Shown one piece after another: positions 1 to 9,223 of a DNA stretch of 54,906 bases (positions within the stretch are counted from its first letter, which is position 1; the number at the start of each line of letters is the position of its first letter). Source of the DNA: a virus (lineage: Duplodnaviria > Caudoviricetes); the IMG/VR virus record IMGVR_UViG_3300032303_000606, positions 1 through 54,906 of that record. One strand, given 5' to 3'. A program made the translations under genes and the position numbers. The notes beneath the pieces were generated by a model, which saw only the letters and a program-made list of their open reading frames with translations, had not been told where the DNA came from and made no database searches.

Positions 1-123
1 GATGCCATCAGACATGGTATTATTTATTTGAGGAACAGTAGGCACATGCCGACACTTAAGAAAGGATGGGCAGATAATGAGCTGTAAGCTTTGTACACTT
101 CTTCCAAACGAAGAACTAGAATC
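1..123. repeat. Terminal direct repeat (copy at 54784-54906); circular assembly overlap
   Basis: Bases 1-123 (gatgccatca...agaatc) are identical to 54784-54906, and the RuvC-like and metallophosphoesterase ORFs run through the junction. Confidence 0.97.
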
Positions 124-1381
124 AATGCTGGTAACAAAGTCAAGTCGCTACATTGCTGCTAGATTTGATATTGGTTCAACTACGGTAAATAAACATCGCA
201 AAAAATGCGCAAGTATTGTGGTTAAACTGGGTGTTGAAGATGATGAATATCAATCATTAAACTGGTCTGGGATATCCGGAACTTTTAATACCGGTGTGCT
301 CGCATCAGAACTAACTGGCATGAGCCATGAGCAAGTTCTTAAGATGTTTGGCCATGACCCTAAGACTGTTGAGATTGATAAAGTCCTACGTGAAAGCCAC
401 AAGCAATATTGGGATAGAGATAATCAGGAAATGCGCTGGAAGCATTCATATCTTTTTTCAGTTAAGAAGAAGAGCGAAGAGTTAGCTTCTGAAATTATTG
501 ATGTTGTGCAAATTTTAAAAAACATGAAGACTGGTCAGCCAATTGCTAAAGCTAGCAATAGGGCAGTAGAGTCTACGTTTGTGCTTGATTGGGCTGACTG
601 GCAATTTGGAAAAGCAGAGGGCGGTGGCACTGTTGCGTTGCTTGAAAGACTTGACCTAGCTTTTACTGGTGCAGTAAAGCGTGTAGAAGAACTACGCAGT
701 ATTGGCCGTAAGCTTGATGACTTAGTTATTATTGGTGGTGGAGACATGATTGAGGGTTGCGTAATTTATCCTAACCAGTCTTATAGCATTGATGGAAATA
801 GGCGTGAGCAAGTTCGCGGAACAGTAGCATCAATCTTGCATGGCATTACAACTCTTGCTCCGCACTTCAAAACTGTTAAGGTAGTTGTTGCCCCAGGAAA
901 TCATGGAGAACACCGCATCAATGGTAACCGTACTGAGATTGGTGACAATGATGACCTGCTTGTTTTTGAGATGGCTGAGTTGGCCTGCAGGAATGATGTA
1001 AGATTTAAGCATGTGTCATTTGAAATTTCTGAACGAGAGATGTCTGTAACAACTAATATCCTTGGCTGGACTTATGGTATCACTCATGGTGATGTCTATG
1101 GTAAGACTGGTGGTTCAGGAGTTCGTAATAAAGTTTTTAATTGGTTCAAAACTATGGCTGCAAATCGTCATCCTGTGGGCGGTTCTGACGTTTTAGTTAC
1201 ACATCATTTTCATCACGATGCACAGGAAGATTGGGGTAATACTCTATGGGTTCAATGTCCAACGATAGACGGCGGGAGTCACTATTTCAAAGAATTTTCG
1301 GGTCACGATACAAGGCCAGGGATGGCAAGTTGGGTCGTAACAAAGGCCGAAAGATATCAGGACAAACAGATTATCAGATAA
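77..1381 (+). CDS. Calcineurin-like metallophosphoesterase (Mre11/SbcD-like) with N-terminal CxxC/HTH-like segment
   Basis: Motifs ADWQFGK, GGDMIEG, PGNHG, THGD, HHFHH; ATGA-type overlap with the RuvC-like gene across the junction. Confidence 0.85.
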   Translation: MSCKLCTLLPNEELESMLVTKSSRYIAARFDIGSTTVNKHRKKCASIVVKLGVEDDEYQSLNWSGISGTFNTGVLASELTGMSHEQVLKMFGHDPKTVEIDKVLRESHKQYWDRDNQEMRWKHSYLFSVKKKSEELASEIIDVVQILKNMKTGQPIAKASNRAVESTFVLDWADWQFGKAEGGGTVALLERLDLAFTGAVKRVEELRSIGRKLDDLVIIGGGDMIEGCVIYPNQSYSIDGNRREQVRGTVASILHGITTLAPHFKTVKVVVAPGNHGEHRINGNRTEIGDNDDLLVFEMAELACRNDVRFKHVSFEISEREMSVTTNILGWTYGITHGDVYGKTGGSGVRNKVFNWFKTMAANRHPVGGSDVLVTHHFHHDAQEDWGNTLWVQCPTIDGGSHYFKEFSGHDTRPGMASWVVTKAERYQDKQIIR

Positions 1382-1572
1382 TCATAACTAGAACTATATA
1401 CGACTCTGAGATTGATGAGTTAGTTGAAGTTCCTATTTGGTGCGGATGTAAAAGACCTGCAATAATGCTAAGCCCAGCACTTCTTGGGTGTGAGCATTGT
1501 GATACTGTATGCACTGATGCTGATTGTGAAGATTGTCAAAAATTTAATAGGAGATTTGGTGCCGGTCTATAA
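1378..1572 (+). CDS. Small Cys-rich hypothetical protein (start uncertain)
   Basis: CGC..CEHC..C..C..C cluster fills the gap between genes; no canonical start is visible near 1378. Confidence 0.5.
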   Translation: MIITRTIYDSEIDELVEVPIWCGCKRPAIMLSPALLGCEHCDTVCTDADCEDCQKFNRRFGAGL

Positions 1573-1744
1573 TTATAAATGTCCAAAATGTGAGATAATA
1601 GTACAGCAAGAACATAAGATGGATATGAATCCTAAGATTCAAGATTGCCCAGATTGTAAGGTGTCTTTATTTAAAATGTTTACTTTTGGTGGCATATCAT
1701 TTAATGGCACAGGATTTTACTCTAACGATAAGAAAGAAAAATAA
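1559..1744 (+). CDS. FmdB-like zinc-ribbon protein
   Basis: GTG start after AGGAGA; PVYNYKCPKC...CPDC...ISFNGTGFYSND signature. Confidence 0.85.
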   Translation: MPVYNYKCPKCEIIVQQEHKMDMNPKIQDCPDCKVSLFKMFTFGGISFNGTGFYSNDKKEK

Positions 1745-1929
1745 TGCCTTACTATATAAGTAACACTCAAAAAGGTTGTAACAACCAGTGGGCTGTAATT
1801 AGTTCTGCTGGACATATCCATGGATGTCACGCAAATAAGCAGGCGGCTATTACACAAATGGTTGCAATTTCATTAGCAGAAAAAATAAGAGTTGGTGGAA
1901 CTTGGCCAGCAGATAAGAAGAAGAAATAA
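1744..1929 (+). CDS. Conserved phage hypothetical protein
   Basis: TAATG coupling on both sides; MPYYI..C..WAV....GCH....A..QM.A pattern common in phages. Confidence 0.75.
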   Translation: MPYYISNTQKGCNNQWAVISSAGHIHGCHANKQAAITQMVAISLAEKIRVGGTWPADKKKK

Positions 1930-2270
1930 TGGCAGAGAAAACATATAACCCACCTGTTGGTGTGCAAAACGCAGCTAAACGAGCATTAAAATGGATTTCA
2001 GATGGCAAGGCTGGTGGAGGTTTCACTAGCGTTGGACGACGCAGAGCATCACAGCTAGCTAGCGGCCAGTCAGTTAGTAGAGACACAATCGCTAGAATGA
2101 AGTCCTACTTTGCTAGACATACAGTTGATAAAAAGGCCACAGGCTTTAACGCTGGTGAAGATGGCTATCCAAGTCCAGGTCGCGTAGCCTGGGATGCTTG
2201 GGGCGGTTCAGCTGGTCAAGCATGGACTAACCGAATAAACTTAGATGATAAAAAAACCCCTACAAAGTAG
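1929..2270 (+). CDS. Conserved phage hypothetical protein (G-T-VG-RA-QLA / RM-S-FARH / AW-AWGG domain)
   Basis: Recognisable motif set; coupled start; ends in the terminator. Confidence 0.8.
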   Translation: MAEKTYNPPVGVQNAAKRALKWISDGKAGGGFTSVGRRRASQLASGQSVSRDTIARMKSYFARHTVDKKATGFNAGEDGYPSPGRVAWDAWGGSAGQAWTNRINLDDKKTPTK

Positions 2271-2281
2271 GGGCTTTTTTA
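2250..2281. terminator. Bidirectional intrinsic terminator between convergent operons
   Basis: AAAAAA-CCCCTAC-AAA-GTAGGGG-C-TTTTTT located between the convergent + and - gene blocks. Confidence 0.85.
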
Positions 2282-2298
2282 TTGTCGGGTAGTTCTAC

Positions 2299-2538
2299 CT
2301 ATGGTAGTAAAGCTAAAACAATTGAGACTATCATAGCCGCAACTGAAAGCCAAACAGCAAGCGCACTTGCTTTATTTTGACGCTGAGTTTTAAGTTCTTT
2401 TACATCTAATTCAATTTGATTAATTCTTTTGTCTTGTGCGTCTAGCTTCTTTTCCATACGCTCCTGCGATTCTCTAACAAATTTTACACCTTCTTCAAGG
2501 CGACCCAAGGCTACATATAGTTCTGGTGAATCAGTCAT
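2299..2538 (-). CDS. Coiled-coil plus C-terminal TM protein (holin-like/lysis accessory)
   Basis: Heptad-rich region followed by a hydrophobic C-terminus; last gene of the lysis cassette. Confidence 0.65.
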   Translation of the reverse strand: MTDSPELYVALGRLEEGVKFVRESQERMEKKLDAQDKRINQIELDVKELKTQRQNKASALAVWLSVAAMIVSIVLALLP

Positions 2539-2708
2539 TATTCGCCCTTATCTCGTCTTAGTGGGTAGGTTGCAACCCAAATAACAAGTGTAGCAAGAAT
2601 TAGTTTACCAACAACATCTTTAGCTGTACCTTCAAGCACAAGCCAACCTGTTGCAAGTCCAACCAAAGTCCATGCTTGGTCTAGCATATCTTTAAAAAAG
2701 TTTTTCAT
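2538..2708 (-). CDS. Small two-TM membrane protein, 56 aa (not in ORF track)
   Basis: MKNFFKDMLDQAWTLVGLATGWLVLEGTAKDVVGKLILATLVIWVATYPLRRDKGE; TAATG overlaps at both ends. Confidence 0.75.
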   Translation of the reverse strand: MKNFFKDMLDQAWTLVGLATGWLVLEGTAKDVVGKLILATLVIWVATYPLRRDKGE

Positions 2709-3931
2709 TATTTTCCATTTCTTCTCATTGCGGATAGTGATGCAGTGCCAGCAATTTGACCAACAACAATGGCCCCGACGACTACTTTTTGTGTTTCTTT
2801 ACGGACCTTAGGAGAAATATCTGCACCAATATTTCCTAAGAAATTTATTGCGTCAGCAAACGCGACAATAGCCGCACCAATGACTGGAGTGTTTGCTAAT
2901 TCTTCATCAATAATAATATCGTCTGCCTGCGCAGCAACAAATAATGCCTCAAGGGCTTGCTCATATTCGGGGCTGCCTTGTTCTGCAGTTTCAAGCACGG
3001 CATAAGCAGCTTCCTGTAACTGTTCTACCTGCGCATCAGTTAGTTCTGATGGTTGAATATCCACTAGCGCAGCTAATGATTCTTGTGCTGTAAGAACTTC
3101 TATTGGTGGTTCTACAATAGGGTCTACAGGCTCTATTGGGACGACTGGAGCTACAATAGGCGGCTCTGGTATAAATGGTGAGTCTGGAATCACAGGCTCT
3201 ACAGGAGGCTCTGGTATTACAGGGTCAACAGGGTCTACTACTGGAGGTTCTACTGGAGGGTCAACAGGGTCAACGGGTGGGTCAACAGGGTCAACGGGTG
3301 GGTCTACAGGGTCAACGGGAGGGTCTACTACTGGCGGTTCAACAGGTATTGGGGTTGGCTCAATTACTGGTGGCACCATGATAGCTGGCTCTGCAGACCA
3401 AGCAGAATCTGGGATTAGCGTAAATGCTGTGACTGGGTCAGTGTAATACAAATAGTTACAAGCCCCACCACCATACTCATACCACCAAATGTCTACCTTT
3501 TGGCTTACACCTGATTGGAATGTATGTGTACCACCACTACCGCTACAACCTTTTAGTGTCCAGTCATTGATTACATTCTGACCATCAATATCTAAATAAA
3601 AGCCATCATCAGCCATAGACTGAAAAGTAACTTCACCATCAATAGGCATAGTGATGTAGCCATACCAGTGAATAAGAACAAAGTCTTGCTGGCAGTTGGC
3701 AACAACATCGCCACCTACATCAAAGTTAATGTTTGGAACTATGCCTGTATTACAGAGAGTGTACTCAGTTCTATCTGGGGTAGATGCTGAATCGTATGTG
3801 TAAACATCTTGAGTAAGGCCAGCAACACTGTTGGCTTTTGCCAGTTGCCCAATAAATAATGATGATATAAAAATAAAGGCTGCTAGAAAAGTTCTAGAAA
3901 ATTTCAGCCCAAATGAGGGCTGCTTCATCAC
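2708..3931 (-). CDS. Exported PA14-domain protein with Pro-rich linker and C-terminal membrane segment
   Basis: Signal peptide; PA14 motifs (INFDVG, IHWYGYI, ADDGFYL, WWYEYGGGA); (PPVDPVD)n linker; hydrophobic C-terminus. Confidence 0.8.
   Translation of the reverse strand: MMKQPSFGLKFSRTFLAAFIFISSLFIGQLAKANSVAGLTQDVYTYDSASTPDRTEYTLCNTGIVPNINFDVGGDVVANCQQDFVLIHWYGYITMPIDGEVTFQSMADDGFYLDIDGQNVINDWTLKGCSGSGGTHTFQSGVSQKVDIWWYEYGGGACNYLYYTDPVTAFTLIPDSAWSAEPAIMVPPVIEPTPIPVEPPVVDPPVDPVDPPVDPVDPPVDPVDPPVEPPVVDPVDPVIPEPPVEPVIPDSPFIPEPPIVAPVVPIEPVDPIVEPPIEVLTAQESLAALVDIQPSELTDAQVEQLQEAAYAVLETAEQGSPEYEQALEALFVAAQADDIIIDEELANTPVIGAAIVAFADAINFLGNIGADISPKVRKETQKVVVGAIVVGQIAGTASLSAMRRNGK
3225..3335 (-). 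repeat. Imperfect 21-bp tandem repeat encoding PPVDPVD
   Basis: gggtcaacagggtcaacgggt-type units repeated. Confidence 0.8.
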
Positions 3932-4203
3932 TCTCTAGATTCTTCTACTTTTTGCACTGCATCTTGAGCTGCCTTAGCAACATCTTCTGTGCTAACTGAA
4001 CCAGTTACAGCAATTGCGTAACCAACTGCTCCAATAATACCCAGCATCAGAGTAACCCAAGCAATTAAAACACCTGTAAGTGCGCTACCTGTAATTACTG
4101 CGCCAGAACCAGCAGCACCACCAAGGATGAATAGGAATACTCCAAATCCACGCCAAGCTAGTGTTCCGACAATAGAGGCGATTTCTTTTATTCTTTGCAA
4201 CAT
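3928..4203 (-). CDS. Holin-like membrane protein
   Basis: Two TM segments; directly follows the endolysin. Confidence 0.65.
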   Translation of the reverse strand: MLQRIKEIASIVGTLAWRGFGVFLFILGGAAGSGAVITGSALTGVLIAWVTLMLGIIGAVGYAIAVTGSVSTEDVAKAAQDAVQKVEESRE

Positions 4204-4243
4204 TTTAGTCCATTCTCGCCCTATTAGTAATTATACAGTATAG

Positions 4244-4957
4244 CTATTCTGCTATCATTCCGCCAGTTCTAGGTGGGTTAACAACAACCTTTGCTTCAAC
4301 TACTGGGGGCTTTGCTGGCTCATGAACTTTAATGACAGGCTTTGCAACAACTTCGGCAGGCTTTGAAGCAACTACTTTTTTATTTATTTTTTCAACAATT
4401 ACTTTAGTAGCATTAACTGATGTCTTCTTCCACTCTGGGCGAAATACAGCAAAAACATTGCTATAGTTACGCACACGCTGAGCAACTTGTCCACCATTAG
4501 ACTTTGAACCATCGCCACGACTTGTGTTACCTTCACGACAAACCATAGTCTTCTTTTTAGGGTTGTTGCTTACAACAATACCTGTGTGGTCTGGGTCATG
4601 GTCATGCTCCCAGTCAAAGAAAATGATATCTCCAGGCTGAGCATCCTTAGCTTCAACTTGCTTCATGCCACGCTTTTTCATTGCAGCAATACCTGCAGTG
4701 CAGGATAGGTAGCCATTCTTTGTTTGAAGACCATTAACAACATGTCCAGCACCAGCTTTATTAAAGCAGTAACTTACAAACTCTGCACACCAATGAGTGT
4801 GGTTAGCTCCAAACCATTTGCCAAAAATATTGTCTTTGTTTGGTCCTTCTTCATATTTCATTTGTACAAAAACTTCAGCTACCTTCAATACAGCCTCTGG
4901 AGTTCCTGGAGTAATCCCTCTTTTTTCAAGGATTGGATGTAATTTTGTTTCTACCAT
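4244..4957 (-). CDS. Endolysin, CHAP-family amidase/peptidase
   Basis: HWCAEFVSYCF (catalytic Cys), PGDIIFFDW, DHTGIV (His), EGNT; Lys/Val/Pro-rich tail. Confidence 0.88.
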   Translation of the reverse strand: MVETKLHPILEKRGITPGTPEAVLKVAEVFVQMKYEEGPNKDNIFGKWFGANHTHWCAEFVSYCFNKAGAGHVVNGLQTKNGYLSCTAGIAAMKKRGMKQVEAKDAQPGDIIFFDWEHDHDPDHTGIVVSNNPKKKTMVCREGNTSRGDGSKSNGGQVAQRVRNYSNVFAVFRPEWKKTSVNATKVIVEKINKKVVASKPAEVVAKPVIKVHEPAKPPVVEAKVVVNPPRTGGMIAE

Positions 4958-4974
4958 TTTATTTTCTTTCTTTA

Positions 4975-5673
4975 TTATGCAATCGGGTATGAAGTATTTA
5001 AATAATAGTTTGGTGCATCAGTTGAACCAAATGCGGACACAATAGACATTGAGCCATCAGTTGCAATAAGTAGCCTTCCAGGCTTAAGCAAAGAGTCTGG
5101 TGTTCCTGTAGTTGCAAAAGAGTTTGACGCAATTGCCACACCAACAGCGTTACTTGGTCTAGCTCCGGCTGGGATGGTTCCAACGCTATAAGTAGTTCCA
5201 GCAACCGTAGTTCCAGTAGGCTGAACCATACCTTTAATATAAGCAATACCGTTTACTACTTTATATTGAGGGACCGGAGAGCCTGCTATAAAGTTTGGTG
5301 TGCCACCAGTCATTGTTATATTCGCCCACCCAATATCACCGTGAATTGGCTTCCACGCACCTTCATTATAAATATATAAAATATTATTTATAGAATCCCA
5401 GTTTAAAGAACCCTCAATGCCCGAGTTAGACGGAGCACCAGTTGGGGTTCCTGCTGAAGTTTGTAAATTTAATGCAAGTCTAGTATTTGTAGTTGTAATA
5501 GAAGAAGCAAGTGATGCAATAGTAGAAGAGCTATCTGTGCCTCTAATATTTGACTTTAAGGTAGACAATGCAGTATCCGCTGTTGTAGCAAGAGTTTGAA
5601 AGTGACTTTCAAGCGGAGTTAGGTTAGAGGTTGAGTCTGGATATGTTATAGTCCAGGTTGTTGTATTTGGCAT
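4975..5673 (-). CDS. Minor tail / fibre protein
   Basis: Thr/Ser/Gly-rich; C-terminal PQYKVVNG.AYIKG...IPAGARP fibre-tip pattern. Confidence 0.75.
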   Translation of the reverse strand: MPNTTTWTITYPDSTSNLTPLESHFQTLATTADTALSTLKSNIRGTDSSSTIASLASSITTTNTRLALNLQTSAGTPTGAPSNSGIEGSLNWDSINNILYIYNEGAWKPIHGDIGWANITMTGGTPNFIAGSPVPQYKVVNGIAYIKGMVQPTGTTVAGTTYSVGTIPAGARPSNAVGVAIASNSFATTGTPDSLLKPGRLLIATDGSMSIVSAFGSTDAPNYYLNTSYPIA

Positions 5674-5750
5674 TATTTAGCTTCCTCTTCTGGGCCTTCT
5701 CTTAAGATAATTCCCTCATCGACTGGTTGTGTAGTAGTTTGATTTTCCAT
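5673..5750 (-). CDS. 25-aa peptide coupled between two fibre genes
   Basis: MENQTTTQPVDEGIILREGPEEEAK; TAATG overlap at both ends. Confidence 0.55.
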   Translation of the reverse strand: MENQTTTQPVDEGIILREGPEEEAK

Positions 5751-6772
5751 TATGCTGACTTCCTTAGTGCTACTATTGGTGAACGAGTTCCAGAGCCTGT
5801 AGCTATTGTACCAGCAGTTGCCGGCATTACTCCTGGCGTGTTTGAAGTATAAGTACCATCATAAAGTTCTGGGTAATTTAAGTTTAGTCCGTTGTAAGCC
5901 ACGCTCCTAGGCATCCACCAACCTCCACCACCAGATGCGCCAACTGCAGTACTTACTGTGACTGGCAGTGCTGAACCATCAACAAAGCAGCCAATCCAAT
6001 ACCAACCAGGTTGAAGCACAAAACCAGTACCAAGCGTCACGGTTGCGGCAGCTCCAGTAGTGTTTGTTGCTACGCTAGCTTCAGAACTAGTAATTTTAGA
6101 GGTAGGAAGTCCAGTGGTTGTTGAAGAACTATACATTGCAAAAGTTATTGTTGAGCTTGTTCCAGCCGTTACGACGTTTATGCTATATGAGTCATAGGTT
6201 CCCTTAGTTGGGACATAAAAACTAGTATAGTAAATTCTATCAGTCAACTGTGTTGCCTGACTTGTGCCAAATACTGCTGGCCCATAGTAAGATGCAGAAA
6301 CAATTGCTTTAGGCGCAATTGCAGAACTCTGTGGCACCCAAGTTGAACCATCGTAAACAAAGTCCTGTCCACTATCTACAACATAGCAACCATCACCAAC
6401 TGCTATATCATCACTTGACATTAAATCTCTATTAGCATTGTTAGTAAAAGTAAATCTTTTAAGAGTTTGAGTCCAGGCTCCGGTTGCGCCATTTAAATTC
6501 CAAATAAAATATCTTTTGTTTTGACGTATGTAGCAAATATCTCCATCAACAAGAGCTGGCTTGCTAGAGTTAGTATCAACTGTTAGCCCAGTGGATTCAG
6601 TATATACTGCATCTCTATCTCCAGTAGTGCTATATGCAAGAATTTTATATTGAAAACGGTCGGTTACCGCTTGCTCAACACTGCTTGCCAATGTGGCAAA
6701 GTGGCTGTGCAAGGGTATAAGCACAGATGAAGCATCTGGCGATACAAGTTTCAGTGTAGATGTTTCGGCCAT
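5750..6772 (-). CDS. Minor tail / fibre protein
   Basis: Two RD...GD.CY....Y.W/YDG..W repeats and a beta-rich C-terminus; AGGAGA RBS. Confidence 0.75.
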   Translation of the reverse strand: MAETSTLKLVSPDASSVLIPLHSHFATLASSVEQAVTDRFQYKILAYSTTGDRDAVYTESTGLTVDTNSSKPALVDGDICYIRQNKRYFIWNLNGATGAWTQTLKRFTFTNNANRDLMSSDDIAVGDGCYVVDSGQDFVYDGSTWVPQSSAIAPKAIVSASYYGPAVFGTSQATQLTDRIYYTSFYVPTKGTYDSYSINVVTAGTSSTITFAMYSSSTTTGLPTSKITSSEASVATNTTGAAATVTLGTGFVLQPGWYWIGCFVDGSALPVTVSTAVGASGGGGWWMPRSVAYNGLNLNYPELYDGTYTSNTPGVMPATAGTIATGSGTRSPIVALRKSA

Positions 6773-6780
6773 TTTCTCTC

Positions 6781-7569
6781 CTAAGAAGTGTAAGTTATCT
6801 TTAGTTTTGGTGGATAAGTTTTTGTTGCGCCATCAAAGTATGCATAGTCATCTGGGTCTGCTGTTGCACCAATACCTATGGAGAAACCTTTAATTGTTCC
6901 ACCTGATATACCATTATACACTGTTGAGCTTAATGATATCCATTTACCTTCACCATAGCTAAATGTAGAGCTAAATGGGTTTGTGGTCGCGGTTGGTCTA
7001 GTGCTAGTCTGGTATGCATGAGTATCAAAATCTGCTGTGCCACCGGCATTATAATAAAAATGTCTGTTCTTAACATAGATTGACGCTGAAGTAATAGTTT
7101 TTCCAGCAACCTTGGCTAAGTCTGTAGAAGAGAACCAAAACGATGCTGTTTTTTGAGAACCTGCAGCAGGTCCTTGATACATCATTCCAGCATCAGTATA
7201 TGTTCCGCTACCTGTGATAAGGTTGCTTCCAGCCCAGGAGGCTGAACCGGAGGCAGTAAACGTAACTGTCGTTTCAGTTACAACTGGCGTTGTTACTGGA
7301 GCCGTTGTAGCAGCAATAGTGATTCCTTTTAAAGTATTTTGCAGTGAAGCAAAATCTGTTGCACTAGTAATAGTATCAGTCAAATATTTTATCTGATATT
7401 GCAAGGTTGCAATTTTTTGTTGATGACGAACATCATTTGCATCCATATTTGAAAGCTTTGAAATAATTCTTGACATAGCTGCATCGCCAAGTTCATCAAG
7501 TTGCTTATCTACCCAGCGAGCCCATTTCTGCATAGATTCCGGGGCGTTAGAGATTGGTTTAGTTGACAT
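6781..7569 (-). CDS. Minor tail protein
   Basis: N-terminal coiled coil; beta-rich C-terminus ending PKLKITY; position in tail module. Confidence 0.75.
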   Translation of the reverse strand: MSTKPISNAPESMQKWARWVDKQLDELGDAAMSRIISKLSNMDANDVRHQQKIATLQYQIKYLTDTITSATDFASLQNTLKGITIAATTAPVTTPVVTETTVTFTASGSASWAGSNLITGSGTYTDAGMMYQGPAAGSQKTASFWFSSTDLAKVAGKTITSASIYVKNRHFYYNAGGTADFDTHAYQTSTRPTATTNPFSSTFSYGEGKWISLSSTVYNGISGGTIKGFSIGIGATADPDDYAYFDGATKTYPPKLKITYTS

Positions 7570-9223
7570 AAGAGTTCAGTGTATCTCCTAACGGCATTAC
7601 TGCCATATCTGAAAAAGTCATAGCATTGTAGTATGAACCAATATCGGTAAAACTTTTTGCAGGATAATATGAATTAAAACTAGTAAAAGTATTAGCTCCA
7701 TATAAAGCTACAGCACCAGAAGTAAGAGTTGCAAAAGTTGTAAGTAAAGTTGTTGTAGTAAATGTTTGAAAATTTGTTGAATAAGTTGAAACAAGGTCAT
7801 CAAATATAGTATCAACTTTACCAGTTATACTAATTCCAGATTCAGAAATATTTGCGCTAGCAACACGATAGTAACCATTATTATAGAAAAATCTAGACCC
7901 AGCAATATTATTTATTTCATCTTCAAGTTTTGATGTGCCAATTGTTAAACTAACATCAACCGACGGCCCCGTAGCAAAAGCTGCTGACTGCGATAAATGA
8001 TATGAAGAATCTGATATAAATGGATTATCTACAGTGGCTTTAGAATCTCTTGAAATAAAGTTTTTATCCGCACCAGTAGAAACGGAACGCAAAATTTTAT
8101 TTACAACAACTCCTTCTCCGCAAATATAGAGGGCTGGTACATCGTCACTTGAGGATTCGGCAAGTTTAAAAGGTTCAACATATGCTGAATTAGCTTGATT
8201 TGGTGCTTGAATGTTTATTTCTAGTTGCATTGGATTATCTTCAGAAACCGATACAGAAACTTTACCACCATTACTATTCCACCAATCAGGTGGTACTGGA
8301 ATATTTAAGTTGTCTAAAACAACGTAGATAGATTTTCCTTGACCACCTTTAAACCCCTGAGGAATGCTTTGTACGCAAACAGGTTGAAAAATTTTAGAGC
8401 TAGTAGTTGAATTTTGAATATCAACTACTTCTTTACGCGTCTCCCCCATATTGACTGAATAAACTGTTTCAGCTTTATAAATTAAAGAATCTTGTTCCCA
8501 AGTTGTGTCATAATCATAAACTTCAATAGTTCGCGAAGTTCCAAGCAAAGTGACGTTTGTTGAGGTTCCGCTTCGTTCCGTAACCGGAATAGTATTTTTT
8601 CTAATTTTTTGTAGGCGGACATAGCCGTTAGCATCGGCATAAATATCTGCCTTATTTGCTATGCAAAACATTTTAATATAGTCCCAAACATTGCCTTTCC
8701 ATGCGGGATAGGCAACTGGTACATCAAAAGCAGTGTCAATAGTTACTTTAGTTATTCCAACAAGACTGCAGTAATACTTAAAAGCAGTAGATTGCGTTGC
8801 TGTAGCTCCAAAGTGTGGTTGAGCAGTTTTTTCAGAATTAAACTTAAATAGAATACTGTCAATGCTTAGCTGAAGGTTATCTCCATCGCTAACAGACATT
8901 GAACTTACCGTGCCGTTAAAAGTTCCACGCCCATAAGTTTGTTTTTGATAATCATATTTTGATTCTCCAGAAAACATTCCATAATCCATCAAAGAAACTT
9001 CGCGCCCCAAAAGGGCCGTACTTCTATTTGCCCCTGAAAGATTGACTCTATTTCCATTAGCATCAATTTTTGTTAAAGCTGCTGGTGCAGTAACATCCAT
9101 GGACCAAGTTGAGCCAGAAGCATCGGTAGCATCAGTTGGAATTGCTTCAATATTTACAGAATATGTTTGTACATCACCAATTCGGGCTAAGGTTGAGTCA
9201 ATTGTGGAAAGTTCTATAGCCAT
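7559..9223 (-). CDS. Minor tail protein (baseplate hub-like)
   Basis: Second gene after the tape measure; 554 aa; beta-rich. Confidence 0.7.
   Translation of the reverse strand: MAIELSTIDSTLARIGDVQTYSVNIEAIPTDATDASGSTWSMDVTAPAALTKIDANGNRVNLSGANRSTALLGREVSLMDYGMFSGESKYDYQKQTYGRGTFNGTVSSMSVSDGDNLQLSIDSILFKFNSEKTAQPHFGATATQSTAFKYYCSLVGITKVTIDTAFDVPVAYPAWKGNVWDYIKMFCIANKADIYADANGYVRLQKIRKNTIPVTERSGTSTNVTLLGTSRTIEVYDYDTTWEQDSLIYKAETVYSVNMGETRKEVVDIQNSTTSSKIFQPVCVQSIPQGFKGGQGKSIYVVLDNLNIPVPPDWWNSNGGKVSVSVSEDNPMQLEINIQAPNQANSAYVEPFKLAESSSDDVPALYICGEGVVVNKILRSVSTGADKNFISRDSKATVDNPFISDSSYHLSQSAAFATGPSVDVSLTIGTSKLEDEINNIAGSRFFYNNGYYRVASANISESGISITGKVDTIFDDLVSTYSTNFQTFTTTTLLTTFATLTSGAVALYGANTFTSFNSYYPAKSFTDIGSYYNAMTFSDMAVMPLGDTLNSYVN

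Noticed and set aside
1-123. Biological terminal repeat
   Set aside because: It falls mid-gene in the replication operon and is most simply an assembler overlap of a circular contig
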